From the NCBI GenBank assembly GCA_008632985.1, contig QPGO01000036.1, positions 186,001-250,000 on the forward strand: a stretch of 64,000 bases of DNA, written 5' to 3'. This DNA is from Psammoneis japonica. Its lineage: Eukaryota. Numbering within the stretch: position 1 is the first letter of the stretch; each line of letters starts with the position of its first letter. Positions 1 to 12,620 of the stretch are shown here, piece after piece. The position numbers were made by a program, and so were the translations under genes. The notes below the pieces were generated by a model. The model ran no database searches, was not told the DNA's origin, and worked only from the letters and a program-made list of their open reading frames with translations.

Positions 1-278
1 GTTCGGGCCTGCAGCCAACAACTCATTCGTTTGGTCAAACCAAAACTCTGTGAACATTTTATTGGGGAAGGCGTGAGATGCTTGCCTTGATGGGCTGTGA
101 CATGTTAGTTTTGCCAGATTGGAGTATCAAAATTTGCGAAGTAAATTCTCACCCCGCTTTGGGATGGGGCACAATGAAGGACGTCGACACTGAGGTCTTT
201 GCGAACCTGATTCGTGATACTCTTGATCTGATTGCAATCAACAAGCTAAGCGAAACGTCAGGGTTTGATAGGTTGTAG
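1..278 (+). CDS. 3' end of a tubulin-tyrosine ligase-like (TTL/ATP-grasp) protein, partial, with an apparent 1-nt deletion at ~82
   Basis: ALMGCDMLVLPDWSIKICEVNSHPAL matches the TTL-family F-x-x-x-G-x-D...EVN-x-x-P motif. Frame 1 (…HFIGEGVRC) joins frame 3 if one T is added (tgc tt[t] gcc = C-F-A). Confidence 0.7.
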
Positions 279-509
279 TGTTCGCACGTCGTTCATTCAA
301 ACGGTAGTAGCTGAGCAACTGACTGTAAAGGAGGAATACCGTTCGTCATCGTAAAAGCTGGGAGCGAGAAAGATCTCGACCTCTGTACAGTCTTGTTGAT
401 AAATTTTACTCAGTGCTACATTCATCATAATTTAGGAACTATGTATAGCAGTTCTATTCTTCTGTTGGCCTGACGGCTTCAGTGTGATGACGAGTTGCTT
501 GGAGTGCAT

Positions 510-2779
510 CTAGAAAGCGACAGCTTTGTTCGTCCCCGAGTGAAATCCGGAACTACGCGGTGAGTACACGTCGCCGTTGTCATGAGATGCCCCAGCAAAG
601 CGCTCTGAATAAACTGGAGAGGAAGCAGCAAAGTCTTCCTCGTATGTCCTTCCTGGTTCTTCGCTCGGATAATCAAATTGCTTTTGTCCGTCATCAACAT
701 AAACTGTTTCTTGCAGTGATGATCGAAGAGTCAGCATCATGAAGGAGGAAAATGCAATTACCAGACAAGCGGACCAAATCCAAGTAATTCCGGTTACAGA
801 GTAGGTGCAAGTGCCTTCGTAGACGGCCTGAGTGTAGATTGGGACGATTCGTGAGCACCGCAAAAGGTCAAGTACCGATGCAGCGTTCTCAAACAGTATT
901 TCCAAGTCTCCACGGATAGACTGTAGCAAAACATCAAGCGGACCAAAGTCTCTCCCACACAGAACGCCTAATTCAGCCACACCAACTGTTTGGAAGGCAT
1001 TGAAGAGATTTCCAACCTGAGATCTTGCGCCCGCCTGTATAGTCAAAAGTCGGAGTATGAGCTAGGTCGGCCCACAGGCGCTACAACAACAACAATCGAC
1101 GAAACAACAAAACTTACAATTTCACCTTCGTATTCACGAATAAATTCCCACGGATCATCAGTTCGACATTGCTGTTAAGAGACAATCAACAATCAACGGA
1201 AAATCATGAGTCGTTCACCAAAAAGAACAGGAAAATTCTTGATGAACTATTACGTACCGAAACATAGAACCCGACGGCCAGGAACACGAGGGATTGTGTA
1301 TCGACGTTTTGGTTAGACATGATTTGAAGAATGGTATTGTCGGGCGAGTTTTCATTCGAAAGATTCTGCACAGAGACAAATTGGGGATCCTGAAACTGAC
1401 TGTTTCCGGAGCACCAATCTTGGAGATGACGGGAGAGCGAACAAAGAAACAAGTACAAAACGTGAGGTGATGGTTCGAAAGAAGATGGAAGAACATTTCC
1501 GTTGCCATTCACACCTGCATTGACTACGGAAGCGATTGCTACGGCTCCCGATCCGACAAAGGCCCCAACTGCAATGAGGATGAAGAGAGGCATAATGATC
1601 CAGTAAATAATGACAGAAAAGACAGGGTTGGAAGCAAATGGAACCTCAAACCACGCCATCATGGCTTGCAACATCAAAATTGTCGGAATGATTGCAATCG
1701 GGATCAAAATAATAAGGGCCTGCCAATCATTGATATCAATGTTTTCGACTCCATTGTCAATATCGCCCGTTGTCCTGCGGGCGGTTTCGACGGCGCTGTC
1801 AAGAGTATCCAACTCGTTGTTTAAGAACCCGTCCAGTGTGTCCAGTAAATCAATCGCCTGACGTGCGAGGTTGTCAAAGTCAAAACCTGTAATGGATTCA
1901 ACATTCGGTTCAGCCGGACAGAAATTGCCTAACGATGATTGCAATTCATTACGAACTATCGCTGTCGATTCCCCAACGGATCGAAGCGACGCAGAAATCT
2001 CAGATGCATCTGTCACCAGCGAGTTTACGGCCTAGAGTGTAATTTCCGAACCGTAACCCAACAGTGTGAGCGTACAGTACTATGCAAGCGAGAATTAGAT
2101 CCAGCAAGGGCACTGTATCGCTTTCACTTACTTGATTGCTTTCGTCCAAAGTGACAATAGTCTCCCGAACATTGGTGACACCTTGCGTCACAAGCAGGAC
2201 ACCAAACACAATTGTGCAAACCCCAGAAATCATAAACGTGAGTCGACATCGAAATGGTCTCTTGAATTTCCTACTTTCGGCACTGTCCACGGTAAATGGA
2301 GCACCAGAAAGAAATCCGACCCTTTCCTGCCCAAGACATTTGAAAACTAGCAGCAAGGCTGCCCACCCAACGAAAATCGATATAATTAGAGCCCCAGCAA
2401 ATATCAAGCCTCCTCCATAGTCCTGTCGGGTTGAGCTATCCTCCGAAAACAGATCCGCAAAGGTGGAGCTGTGTCCGAATCTGTCAATCAGAAGTAACAA
2501 TCAACGATAGATTAGATAACTGTGCAGAACAAACACAGAAAAACCTCAGTTCATATGGATCATAACTACCTACCTGGGCATGGCGTTCATAGCTCTAGTA
2601 GCGCCCACCTATACATGCCAGATATTATGAAAACAGAAAATCAAGGTCAGATATGCTTCAACCATCACTAACTGTAGCGTTCAGGCCATATACAGTAAAC
2701 GACCGTCGATCGTCAGAACCAGCAACACACCGACTTAACGTACTTGTTCATAAATCGAGCGAGATTCAAGGTCGCTCAT
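510..2779 (-). CDS. Tweety (TTYH)-like multi-pass membrane protein, ~7 exons (approx 2779-2744, 2608-2574, 2480-2131, 2032-1516, 1419-1258, 1171-1117, 1036-510)
   Basis: GT-AG introns join the ORF pieces into MSDLESRSIYEQ|VGATRAMNAMPR|FGHSS…, with about five hydrophobic segments. It has a D-W-C motif after a TM pair and a C-terminal LLRCSRIVPIYTQAVYEGTCTYSVTGITW resembling Tweety LLDCRSLHKDYVQAL..LC..G.EGL. A paralog lies at 12621-15018. Confidence 0.7.
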
Positions 2780-3369
2780 GATGTTTCTCAACCAACAAAG
2801 TGCAGAAGCGTAACAAAAATAACAAATAGTAGTCTTTCCCACTTTTTCTCTCGACTAGTAGCAGACGGCAAAGGGGTCAATGTTTCAGTTTCGAAGGCCG
2901 TTCTTCTCGAGCAAGATGGAGCTGTCAATGCCGCGGTTTGCAGGTCGTGTGAAAAATCAATGGAACAACAGTCGCGATTGCGTCAGCGCGGACATCGTCG
3001 GTGCGCGTGCTTTAGTCGTGGTTTACGATTTGAAAGCGACTCCCAAAATTTGATCATTGAATGATATTCAAATTTGGAGGTTATGTGGTCAATATATGTA
3101 TTTAAAATTCTGAATACACGTATGAGACTCCAATTATCATTTTCGTGCGAAGCCGTAGATGTTGATAAACGTGAATTTTTTCTCTGGGGCGATGGTGGAC
3201 AGACAGGCGCCTGAACATGCCGCGTTCAATCTGAGTCGAAATCTCATGGCTCATTCTCAATTCATTCCATTGCATCATTGCATCTCGTCACTCATCCGAC
3301 ACAGCAAAGTCAACGACGACGCTCCCATGTTCGTGCTTCGTGCTGCAATGGGCTCCAAAGACAGGAATG

Positions 3370-4760
3370 TCCAGTGCATGGAACAAGTCGTTTCCGTTCT
3401 TCTCTGCAGAGCGCCAAAGGAGAGACATTGTCGAGCATTGATGCTCCCCGTCCGCTGTGGTTTTGACCACACATGCAATGTGTTCCTTCACCGAGATGAG
3501 CAAGCACACATCAAAAACTGCATCACATTGGCAAATCTGACTCAAACGACTTGTCCAGAGTCTGAAAGTCAAGCGCAAGTTCACATTTTTGAGTGCGACA
3601 ATGCAAAAGAGATTGGAGTTGAAACCGCCTTGGAGCAACTGCTTGGTGACCTTGGACTTTGTGAGCAAAGGCCAGAGACTTAAACCTGGGCAGGTTCAGC
3701 ATGCAAAAGCAAGGCATTGTGACATGGATCAGGAGACCATGCCACTGTGCAGCTGAGCAGCACATGTGAGATGGGTGGGGACGTGCCGTGGTGCAAGAAG
3801 AAGCAACACCGCCATCACCATCAACAAGAGTCTTGCGCATGCTGCAATTGTTTGTGCTCTTTTGATCAAGACCCAAGGAAGCCCTTGTCCCCTGATGAAT
3901 GTAAAGAGAAAGTTGGTTGTGCTGGGGTGACATGCACAAAGTTGTTTGCTGTTTGCAAAAAGCTGGGCACGATGAGTGGAAGGTGTGCATGGAACAAGTC
4001 ATCATTTCCAATCTTCTCTGTGGCACCAAAGGAAAGAAATTGTCAAGCATTGATGCTCCCCATCCACTGCAGTTTTGACCGCCAATGTGCTCATTCATCA
4101 AGATGAGCAACTTTTGGTCAAAAACTGCATCATGATGGTTAACCTGACTCGAACAACTTGTCCGGGGTTGAAAGTCAAGCGCAAGTTCACATTTTTGAGT
4201 GCAACAATGCAAAAGAGATTGGAGTTGAAACCCCTTGGAGCAACTGCTTGGTGACCTTGGACTTAAAACAAAGGCCGGAGACTTGAACCTGGGCAGGTTC
4301 AGCATGTGAAAGCAAGGCAATGTAACACGGATCAGGAGACCATGGGCTGTGTGGCTGAGCAGCACATGTCAGACAGGTGGGGACGTGCTGTGGGTGCAAA
4401 AAGAAGTGACGTGACTGTCTCCATCAATGAGAGACTTGTGCATGCTGCAATTGTTTGTGCTCTTTTTGTCAAGACCCAAGGAAGCCCTTGTCCCTGGATG
4501 AATGCAAAGAGAAAGTTGGCAATGCTGAGGCAATGTGCGCGAAGGTTGCTGTTTGCAAAATGCCAAAACATGACAAGCAGAAGGCATGCATGGAACAAGT
4601 TGTTTCCAATCTTCTCTGTGGCAACAAAAGGAGAGAAAGTGCCAAGCATTGATGCTCCCAGTCTGCTGTGGTTTTGACCGCACATGCAATGTGTTCGTTC
4701 ATCGAGACAAGCAATTCCACATCAAATGCTTTGTCACAACAAACAAACAAAACCTGCGTC
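3370..4760 (+). repeat. Tandem ~600-bp repeat, about 2.3 diverged copies
   Basis: gcatggaacaagt…agcattgatgctccc…ttttgacc recurs at ~3376, ~3987 and ~4588. gaaagtcaagcgcaagttcacatttttgagtgc recurs at ~3564 and ~4170. Confidence 0.85.
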
Positions 4761-5750
4761 ATTGCAAAATGCAAGTGTGAAAGGCACAAGCTTTCAAAGC
4801 ACATTTGAAGTTACCTTTTCAAAAATCTCTGTGTGCCAAACATCCTCACGCAGTCACATTGTTTTCAACCCCAACAGAAAAAATTCGACATGAGAGTTCC
4901 TTGCTTTCATCCAGCAATTTCAATTGCAAGAACAAGGGATGTGTTGGATGCTGACATGAATTTGCAACTTCCAAGTGTTGTTGCACCGTGACAAGATGGA
5001 ACTGCAAGAATTGCAATGGACAACATTTGCTGGACTGCACACTGAATTGACAAAACCTGCATTGCAAGTGCAACAGGTGCGAGCTTGCAACATGTGCATT
5101 TGAACGTGCAGCTCAAAACCTCTGTGCACTTGCCAAATGTTCCTTCTTGCACAACCATGCCATTTTTGTAAAATCCCAACAGAAAACTTTCTGACTGGTG
5201 AAGGCATTGAAATCATCAAGTGCTTCATTGCAGAAACAAGACTGGATCCTTCCGCACTCCAGGTGCCACACTGTCTGCCACAATGGTGCTTTTTGGTCCA
5301 AAATGGAGCACTGAGTCTGTCGTTGAGTTTTCAATCACTCAAAGCTGAATCCAAAAGGTTGAATGTAAAGGTGCGTGTTTCCATGACATGTGCTAAGAAG
5401 CTGCAGGTGCCACAAAGATTCTGTGCTGTCTGCAGAATGTCGCTGCTGCTCACCCAAAACTTTTGGATCGTCACAGACAAAAGCAATGGGACCTTGACAA
5501 TTCACACTGACGGAGCCAGAATGTGGTCAGAAAACTTGCCATCAGATGCTTCCCAAAGCTGCTCTGAGTCAAGCAGACTGCCTTGGAACAATGGAAGTGC
5601 TGCTGTCTGCAATGAGGGAGGGAGGTGCTTGAACGTGCTCTGCTTCTTCTTCTGTTCTGCATCAACCAACAGCCCCTCTGCCCCGTGCTGGTCTGGAAGG
5701 CTCTCATCGCTCATGTTTGAAGGGATCTCTTGCTCTGTTGAAGCACCAAT
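4720..5750 (-). repeat. Dispersed repeat, copy 1 (inverted copy at 24640-26010)
   Basis: The reverse complement aligns with 24640-26010, e.g. EQEIPSNMSDESLPDQHGAEGLLV vs EQEILSDVSNESLPDQHGAEGLLV and gaagcacttgatgattt. Confidence 0.85.
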
Positions 5751-6425
5751 CATGCCTGGTGCACATTTTGTTCCAGAAAACACAAGTCGCGGGGTGGGAC
5801 CCACTGTCACTTGAACCTCGGTGCTTCAACAAAGACTGACTGCCACATCGTTTCAAGTCGGTGGTCGAACCGGGGCACAAAGGGTGCATTTCTATGATGA
5901 CAAAATGGAAGATAAAAAGCAACGTCAGCAAAGATGTCTCGAATGAAAAGAAAAAGACACGAAATTGACTTACGTTGGGGGTGCATTCGAGTGCAATGCA
6001 ACACAATGAGTGCACCCCATGTCATTTTGAATTGCATGACAAACTCGTGCAATGTTGGTGAGTCTTTGATGCACACAAAAGCTGCATTGCACCATGAAAT
6101 GGAAACGAGAAATGCCCCCATGCATGCTCAGTTTCCAATGGTCCAACACAAGCCGTCAATGAGCCCAGTGGAGAATCATGATCCTCGTGCACCACGGATT
6201 GGACATGGAAGACTGCCCGGCTCACCAACCTTGAGCTCAAAGGACAGTTGGTTGTCCTGTTCTTGCGAGACGCACCATACCGATCATCATTTCAATAAAC
6301 TCAGCATTCTCCAAATTTTGACCCTCTCCCACTGGAACAATTTCATGTTGCACTGACCCATTGTCCACAGGCTCTCCCCGTTGTCCATTGGTTCTTCCGC
6401 ACCCAGAGGATCATTCGAGACATTG

Positions 6426-8460
6426 TCAGGCTCCTCGATTGCATTCTCCACAACAGCAGGACTGCTTCCTCCATGCCATCAGTTCCTCATTCGCGGCTGC
6501 AGGTTTCTCACTCAAGGCATCATCAGGCTCCTTGATTGCATTCTCCACAACAGCAGGAACTCCTTCCTCCATGGCCATTGGCTCCTCATTCACAGCTGCC
6601 GGTGCAACCGGTTCCTCACTCAAGGCATCGTCAGGCTCCTCGACTGCATTCTCCACAACAGCAGGAACCACTTCATCCACAGCCATTGGCTTGTCATTCA
6701 CAGCTGCTGGTGCAACCGGCTCCTCATTCAATGCATTGTCAGGCTCCTTGATTGCACCCTCCACAACAGCAGGAACCACTTCCCCCATGGCCAGTTCCTC
6801 GCCAGCTTCAAGAACCAAAACAACTTCCTCCACGGCAATTGGAACGCCAATGCCAGCATCAGCCGGTTTGATGGCTGCTGGAGTCCGCACCTTCCATGCC
6901 AATAATCAACCTTGGATGCGCTTGACATTCACGAATGTGTCGGTCTTGAATGCGGTCAAACTCAAGCCATGCTGCTGCCAATTGCTGATCATTCAGGTGG
7001 GAACGATGCAGGTGCAAGTGGACGTGGATTCCTTGTGGAGAAGCCATGCCAGTTGGGACTGGAGGAGCATCGCCACGTGTGTGTCTTGAACCATCAAGTG
7101 GTCAGGTCTCCATCTGATGCGCCCATCTCTTGGAACAACAACAGCCTCGGCCAGTTCAATGGCTGCTGGAGTCCGCACCCATCCCGCCAATGATCACACC
7201 TTGGATGCGCTTGATGTTCACAAATGTGTCGGTCTTGAGTGCGGCCAAACTCAAGCCACGCCGCAGCCAATTGCGATCATTCAGGGTGGGAATGATGCGG
7301 GTGCAACGTGGGCGTCGGATCACTCGTGGAGCAGCCACGCCAGTTGGGACTGGAGGAGCATCGCCAACGTGTGTGTCTTGAACCATCAAGTGGTCGGGTC
7401 TCCATCCAATGCGCCCATCTCGTGGAACAACAACAGCCTCGGCCGGTTCAATGGCTGCTGGAGTCCTTGCCCATCCTCGCCAATGATCACATCTTGGGTG
7501 AGTTCGACATCCATGAATGCATTGGTTTTGTTTCGAGTCAAACTCAAGCAGCGCCGCAGTCAACTGCTGATCATTCAGGAGGGGAACAACCCGAGTGTAA
7601 CGTGGACATCGAAGAACAGGTTTAGCAACCACGCCGGTTGGGATTGGAGGAAGGTCACCGACAAAGACATTCTTGATCAGGTCTTCATCCGGCAGCCACT
7701 CTAAATGCCGCTGATGATGCTGCCGAGCCAGCTTGTCATGCTTCTCGTCGATTCGTCTCAGTGCAAAGTCCAACCTCTGATCCGACAGCACTGGAATCTT
7801 GGTCGTGTGCTTTGGATGTCGAAGAACTTTTGGAGCAGCCATGCTGGTTGGGACGGGACGATCGTGGGCACCGTACAGGTTCTGCAGTCCGGCGGGTCTC
7901 CATCTGACACGCCCGCGACAAAAGCATTTGCGTTGCAACAACAGCAGCCAAGGGGAAATAAACTGCAGTGTGGCGTGAACATGGTCCATACAACCACTGC
8001 AACCGCGAGAGTAGCCGCAACAGCATCGCACGCTGATCCCAGAGAAGAGTGGTAAGGTCGTCAATTTCCATAATTGGCGGTACAAGAAATAGACAGTGAT
8101 GCCAATCAACTTCAACAAGGAACATACAAACGCCATGGCGAGTAAAGCAAGGAGAGCTGTACAGACCGCAAGCACAAAGGACGCCAATTCCTCAATCATG
8201 CAGCGAATCTCGTCCACGGCAACGCACGAGAAAATCCACAATTCCCAAAGCAAACCGCTGACGATTCGGCCGTGGTTCTGCTTACCGTGAAATACACGTA
8301 GCAGAAGATTCATAAAGAGAATGAGTAGTGCAATGTATGCAATCATAATGGGGGTAATAGTATCAATAAAGATAGATTGGTATGAGTGTGTTTCAATGCA
8401 AGCAAAACTTGAAATTGGTGCGTGAGCGAGACGGTCGCTCGTTGTTGCGGCTTGCACCAT
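6426..8460 (-). pseudogene. Repeat-rich hypothetical gene: N-terminal hydrophobic segments, ~220-290-bp PxPTGxxxP repeats, and ~120-bp VPAVVENAxxEPDDAL repeats; frameshifted and TpA-mutated in its 3' part
   Basis: ORF 7156-8460 continues in fragments 6993-7190, 6859-7047 and 6426-6902. Tandem repeats are visible in both DNA and protein. Confidence 0.55.
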
Positions 8461-11065
8461 TCGTGAATGCGTAGAAACTGTACTGGATAATCCAGTAGAA
8501 AATCCGACGAGTGAGTCCCGCTCACGATTTTCGATTTCACGGGGCTTGGCACGTTTGCATTCGGTTACTCGTAGACTCTAGCTACTCTAGAAAAGAGATA
8601 CCGGTAGAAACAATCAGAGGCCGAGACTGATGTTGGATGTATCCATAATGAATACTATCTATTTTAGAGCTATTCTCTACTATCATATTCCGACAGAGCC
8701 CATTGTAAACACGCTTCAAACATTCGAACGCACTTCGTAAAGGTCGCCAGTCAAAAAGTAGCCTGCAGATTTTGGTGCAGTGTACGAGCCGAACTCAGAA
8801 TATCTTTTTGCTTTGTTGTGGCCACAAGTGTGCAAATGGTTTACTCAGAAGGAGTTACAGAGAAGTACAATCAATCTTTTCAAACCATGCGATTCAAATA
8901 ACACCATTGTGTCCTCCAGGCGCGACGCTACCTATGAAGGCCCATTGCCAGTATTATTTGAAGGGAGCATTGCCGTGAATGATGTGAAAAAATTCGTAAA
9001 AAGGGACGACAGAGCATGATTCCAAGAGAAGGCACGTACCGGGCACTGCCCCAGATCCTCTCTTCTCCGAAAAGATATTCTCTCAAAGCCATGGGCCTCC
9101 CACGCGCCGTCCCAAATAATGATAAATTGTTGTTTCGAAAAGTGATACGATCTCACGATGGTAAGTATGAACTCGTACAGTAGGCCTAGGCAGCCTATTC
9201 TTTCGCTTGATGAAACTTGTTCGTGGGGATCCTTAGCGTCCAGAGCGAATAAACGTGGGCGGTGCCTAGCCAAGAGAGTAGAGTGACAAGAGATCCGCTC
9301 TCTTGAGTAAGGGCAAGATCGTCAACTTTTAGGTACAAGAACGAGAAACGCCACAAAGAAGTAGCAGAGACGCCAATTTGTGAAAGCCTCCGGCATCCAA
9401 CTCCTGCTTGCTTCTTGTCCATACATAGATAGTCATTGCTCTGCACATACCAAGGCTTGGGAGATACGGTCATTAAAATAGCTCCTCAAAACGTCCAATT
9501 CACAAGAATCAACATATTAAGATTTGCTTTCGGAATCAACGTGGAACACGCGCAAACACCGCAACGTTTGCTTCAGACCGTCCTTGTCGACTCATCGCAT
9601 TCTTGCGTCGAACCATATACTTGAGTGTAAGTCCCTAGCCTACCCATGCCACATGCCACCCGCGCTTATCGTGCTCCTTTCCACGCACTCATGGTGTGCA
9701 TCTCCTCTGCATCCCACGCGTGCTCTTCACGGCGCTGTCCAACGTGTTGCGCATAGCTCGCTTCATTTACTGGCACGAATGACGTGCTACCGTGCCACTC
9801 TATTCTGTGGGATGCCGATACTGTTTGTAGCTTTTATCTCTGTAGCCTTCATCGCTCCACCGGTGTCTTGAAGAGACTTGCACCAACAAGTCGAGGCATT
9901 GAGCCGATCCGTATATTCGTACCAGGCATGTTCAAAGCATCAACCAGCTCCCACGACCATTAGATGTATAGGCGCAAATGATGAGAAGGCAGGGCTTCGA
10001 GCTTCTCGTACTTGTACCCGTGGCAGAAGAAGCTTGAATAAGGCGGATGGCTTCGTATCCCAAGCGCGAGGAGTTGGAGATATTTCTTCAAGATACACCG
10101 CAATGACTGATGTAGCAGTAGATGATCTTTTAATCATCGCCTCCAACTTCCCAATATTTTCTCCAGACAACATTGAAAGAATTTGTCCATTGACATGTAA
10201 TGCCTCCCGGTATTTTGTAGCTTTAATGCGTGACGGCCGACAGTGTCAACTTGAACGTGGTCATAGAATCATAGGGTGGAGCCAGTCCATTGGTTTCCTG
10301 TATGGGAACAAATTAGTTACTTGCTGTGCAGTGTCGCTATCTGTAAGAAAGCGACAATCGGGCATCATACCGTATACACATCGATGTTCAGCGGAGGCTC
10401 CCGCTCTTTTAAAAACGGATGAAGCTTAAGAATCGGGCGAGCACGGCGCCAATTGTCAATCCAATCGACGACTTAAGGCACCGCCAATCCCGTTCTCGAT
10501 AGAACAACAATAGACCATAGCTCTTGGTCCATATATGTCCTTGGTGGGTCGCTGCTACGCGTATCTGCGAGACAGCAGCTTGCAAGCTTGCTCCGAGAAT
10601 TATCAGAATGCACGGCCCGGAATAGTTCTTCTTGACACAGGATGCTGCTGCTGCTGTCAAGAACAACAAGATCCTGGGGATACACTCCTTGCCGGAACAT
10701 TTCTTAGAAGCAAAGCGTAAGGAGGATTAATGAAAGCAAGCAAGCAATCGACAACTCCATCAATTGGGCCTTTTTTTTCACTGCCTTTTTGAATTCTACG
10801 TACCATCAAAACGTCATGAGAGACAAAGTAGAAACTTTCAGCTTAAGTACAAGTAGCACCAAATCGAATCCGCTCACGATGAATGACAAATAATCGTCAG
10901 TCACTAGCACCGATGAACCCGTCTCCTGTTTCGAAATTAAGGCTTCGCAATTCCATACGATTGTGCATCATCCTTATCATTCCTGCTCTGCCCCCGTGTA
11001 TCGCACATATCAAAACTCTTCCACTTGAAAATGTTTTCCAGACTTAGCCAAAACGTGATCGCATG

Positions 11066-12229
11066 CTATTCATGAACCGCTGATGCAATCTCAGCAAACA
11101 ACTTGTTGAGAATCGCTTTTGGTTTCTCGGGTTCATAGCTGTCTCTCAAAAATGATTGTTGTTTGCTTTTGTCAAAAGCAATGCCCGATGTTTCCATAAT
11201 GTGACGTACAAGACGTGGCAAATCACGCTCGGTACCACAGCGTTGCGAAGCAACCGCAATACTGGGTTCCAGTCCATATGTTTGATGCCACCAATGTGCA
11301 GGAATCACAAGCAAATCTCCCGTTTGTTGTACAACTGTCCAGAGCTCACTCAAATCAGAAGCGTCGGGTTGCAACTGTGATGTGTCGGCAGCAATAGATT
11401 CCAAAGCCTCCCGCTTTACCGACAGACCCATTTCGTCCAAGGATTGAGCGTTCGGAATACCTTTACCTCGTTTGGCGTATAGGTTGAAGTCACTTTGCCA
11501 TCCAGCGCTCAATGGCACGTCAAATTCATCCCATGCAATAGAGGTGAGGCGATACGAGTTGAGCATTTCATCGACTGCAGTTACGTTGGGGGAAGGTGGA
11601 ACAAATCGCCAAACTTTGCTACCCTCCAAACAAATGCTTGTCCCAGTCCATTCGAGAGGATCACGATGCAAGGTGGAAGTAGCACCCTCTCCCGCAATAA
11701 CAACGCATGATGATGGTTTCACCTGTGGGGGAAAATGTTCAAGACAATCCTCGTCTGAAAACAACGCTTCCTGCACCTCGGCTAATCGTTTTGATATAGA
11801 ACCAAGTGATTCGTCCTTGTCGAGCAAACCTTCCTCAAAAATTAGACGAGAGTCCTGATGATTGGAGTCCATAACAGCAGTGACGCCTTGTATCAAATTG
11901 CAGTGGTATATATCTGTTTCACCTCGTTCTTTTCGTTGGACATCCACGCTTAAATTACTACCGACAGACCACAAGGCATTGCACATTTCTTCGCATTCGG
12001 AAGAACTGATCGCAGCTTTTATGAGCACCGGAGTTTCAAGAAATTTGTCTTTTGGGGAATGAAGATAATGGCTAGCAGCATCAAAGTTCTCTGCATCGAT
12101 TTGTTTCACTTTTTTCATTGTTGATTGCCTCGTAGACAAGGCGGAGCAACCACGTTGCTTACAAGATACCGCAACAACAAGCGTGAAGACAGCAACTAGC
12201 GTCTCCGACAAAACCGTTCTTCTATTCAT
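11066..12229 (-). CDS. JmjC-domain (2-oxoglutarate/Fe(II) oxygenase) protein with predicted signal peptide
   Basis: Single 387-aa ORF. It has STLHRD (HxD), LEGSKVWRFVPP and QQTGDLLVIPAHWWHQTYGLEPSIAV, plus a hydrophobic N-terminus. Confidence 0.9.
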   Translation of the reverse strand: MNRRTVLSETLVAVFTLVVAVSCKQRGCSALSTRQSTMKKVKQIDAENFDAASHYLHSPKDKFLETPVLIKAAISSSECEEMCNALWSVGSNLSVDVQRKERGETDIYHCNLIQGVTAVMDSNHQDSRLIFEEGLLDKDESLGSISKRLAEVQEALFSDEDCLEHFPPQVKPSSCVVIAGEGATSTLHRDPLEWTGTSICLEGSKVWRFVPPSPNVTAVDEMLNSYRLTSIAWDEFDVPLSAGWQSDFNLYAKRGKGIPNAQSLDEMGLSVKREALESIAADTSQLQPDASDLSELWTVVQQTGDLLVIPAHWWHQTYGLEPSIAVASQRCGTERDLPRLVRHIMETSGIAFDKSKQQSFLRDSYEPEKPKAILNKLFAEIASAVHE

Positions 12230-12620
12230 ATTTTAAAAAGAAAAGAAGCTGAGAAGAGCAGAGAAGAAGAGGCACGATTGAGTTAAATTTATCAGCCATT
12301 TGTTTTCGCGGCGAGGAAACCGACGTTTCATCATCGTCCGTCAACAATCAACAAATCAACAGCGTCGTGGCCGATGAGCGATGCTCAGTTGCGGGAGCGG
12401 CGAGCGGCTGGCGGCGCAGGTACGTGCGCCTTACATACGGCAAGACTGGTTGGTGGCGTTTTTACGTCAGCTCACGAGATTTTGAATTTTTGACCGTTGC
12501 ATTGAATGTGGTACCGGTATGTGGCATGTGGCACATGGCACACACATTCAATCGTTGTGCCAATGAGAGATGCTACATGCTACATCATTTTTTCCCCGTC
12601 CACATAGACCAGAGATAAAC

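Larger units (their letters stand above)
3170..8000. mobile_element. Degenerate repeat/TE-derived domain A, strongly TpA-depleted
   Basis: TA is frequent up to 3166, then only a few dozen TA occur in ~4.8 kb. It contains internal repeats and a segment shared with 24640-26010. No family assignment possible by eye. Confidence 0.65.

Noticed and set aside
8700..10730. Possible degraded gene (short ORFs on both strands)
   Set aside because: Multiple stops and no recognisable motif. No gene model can be supported.
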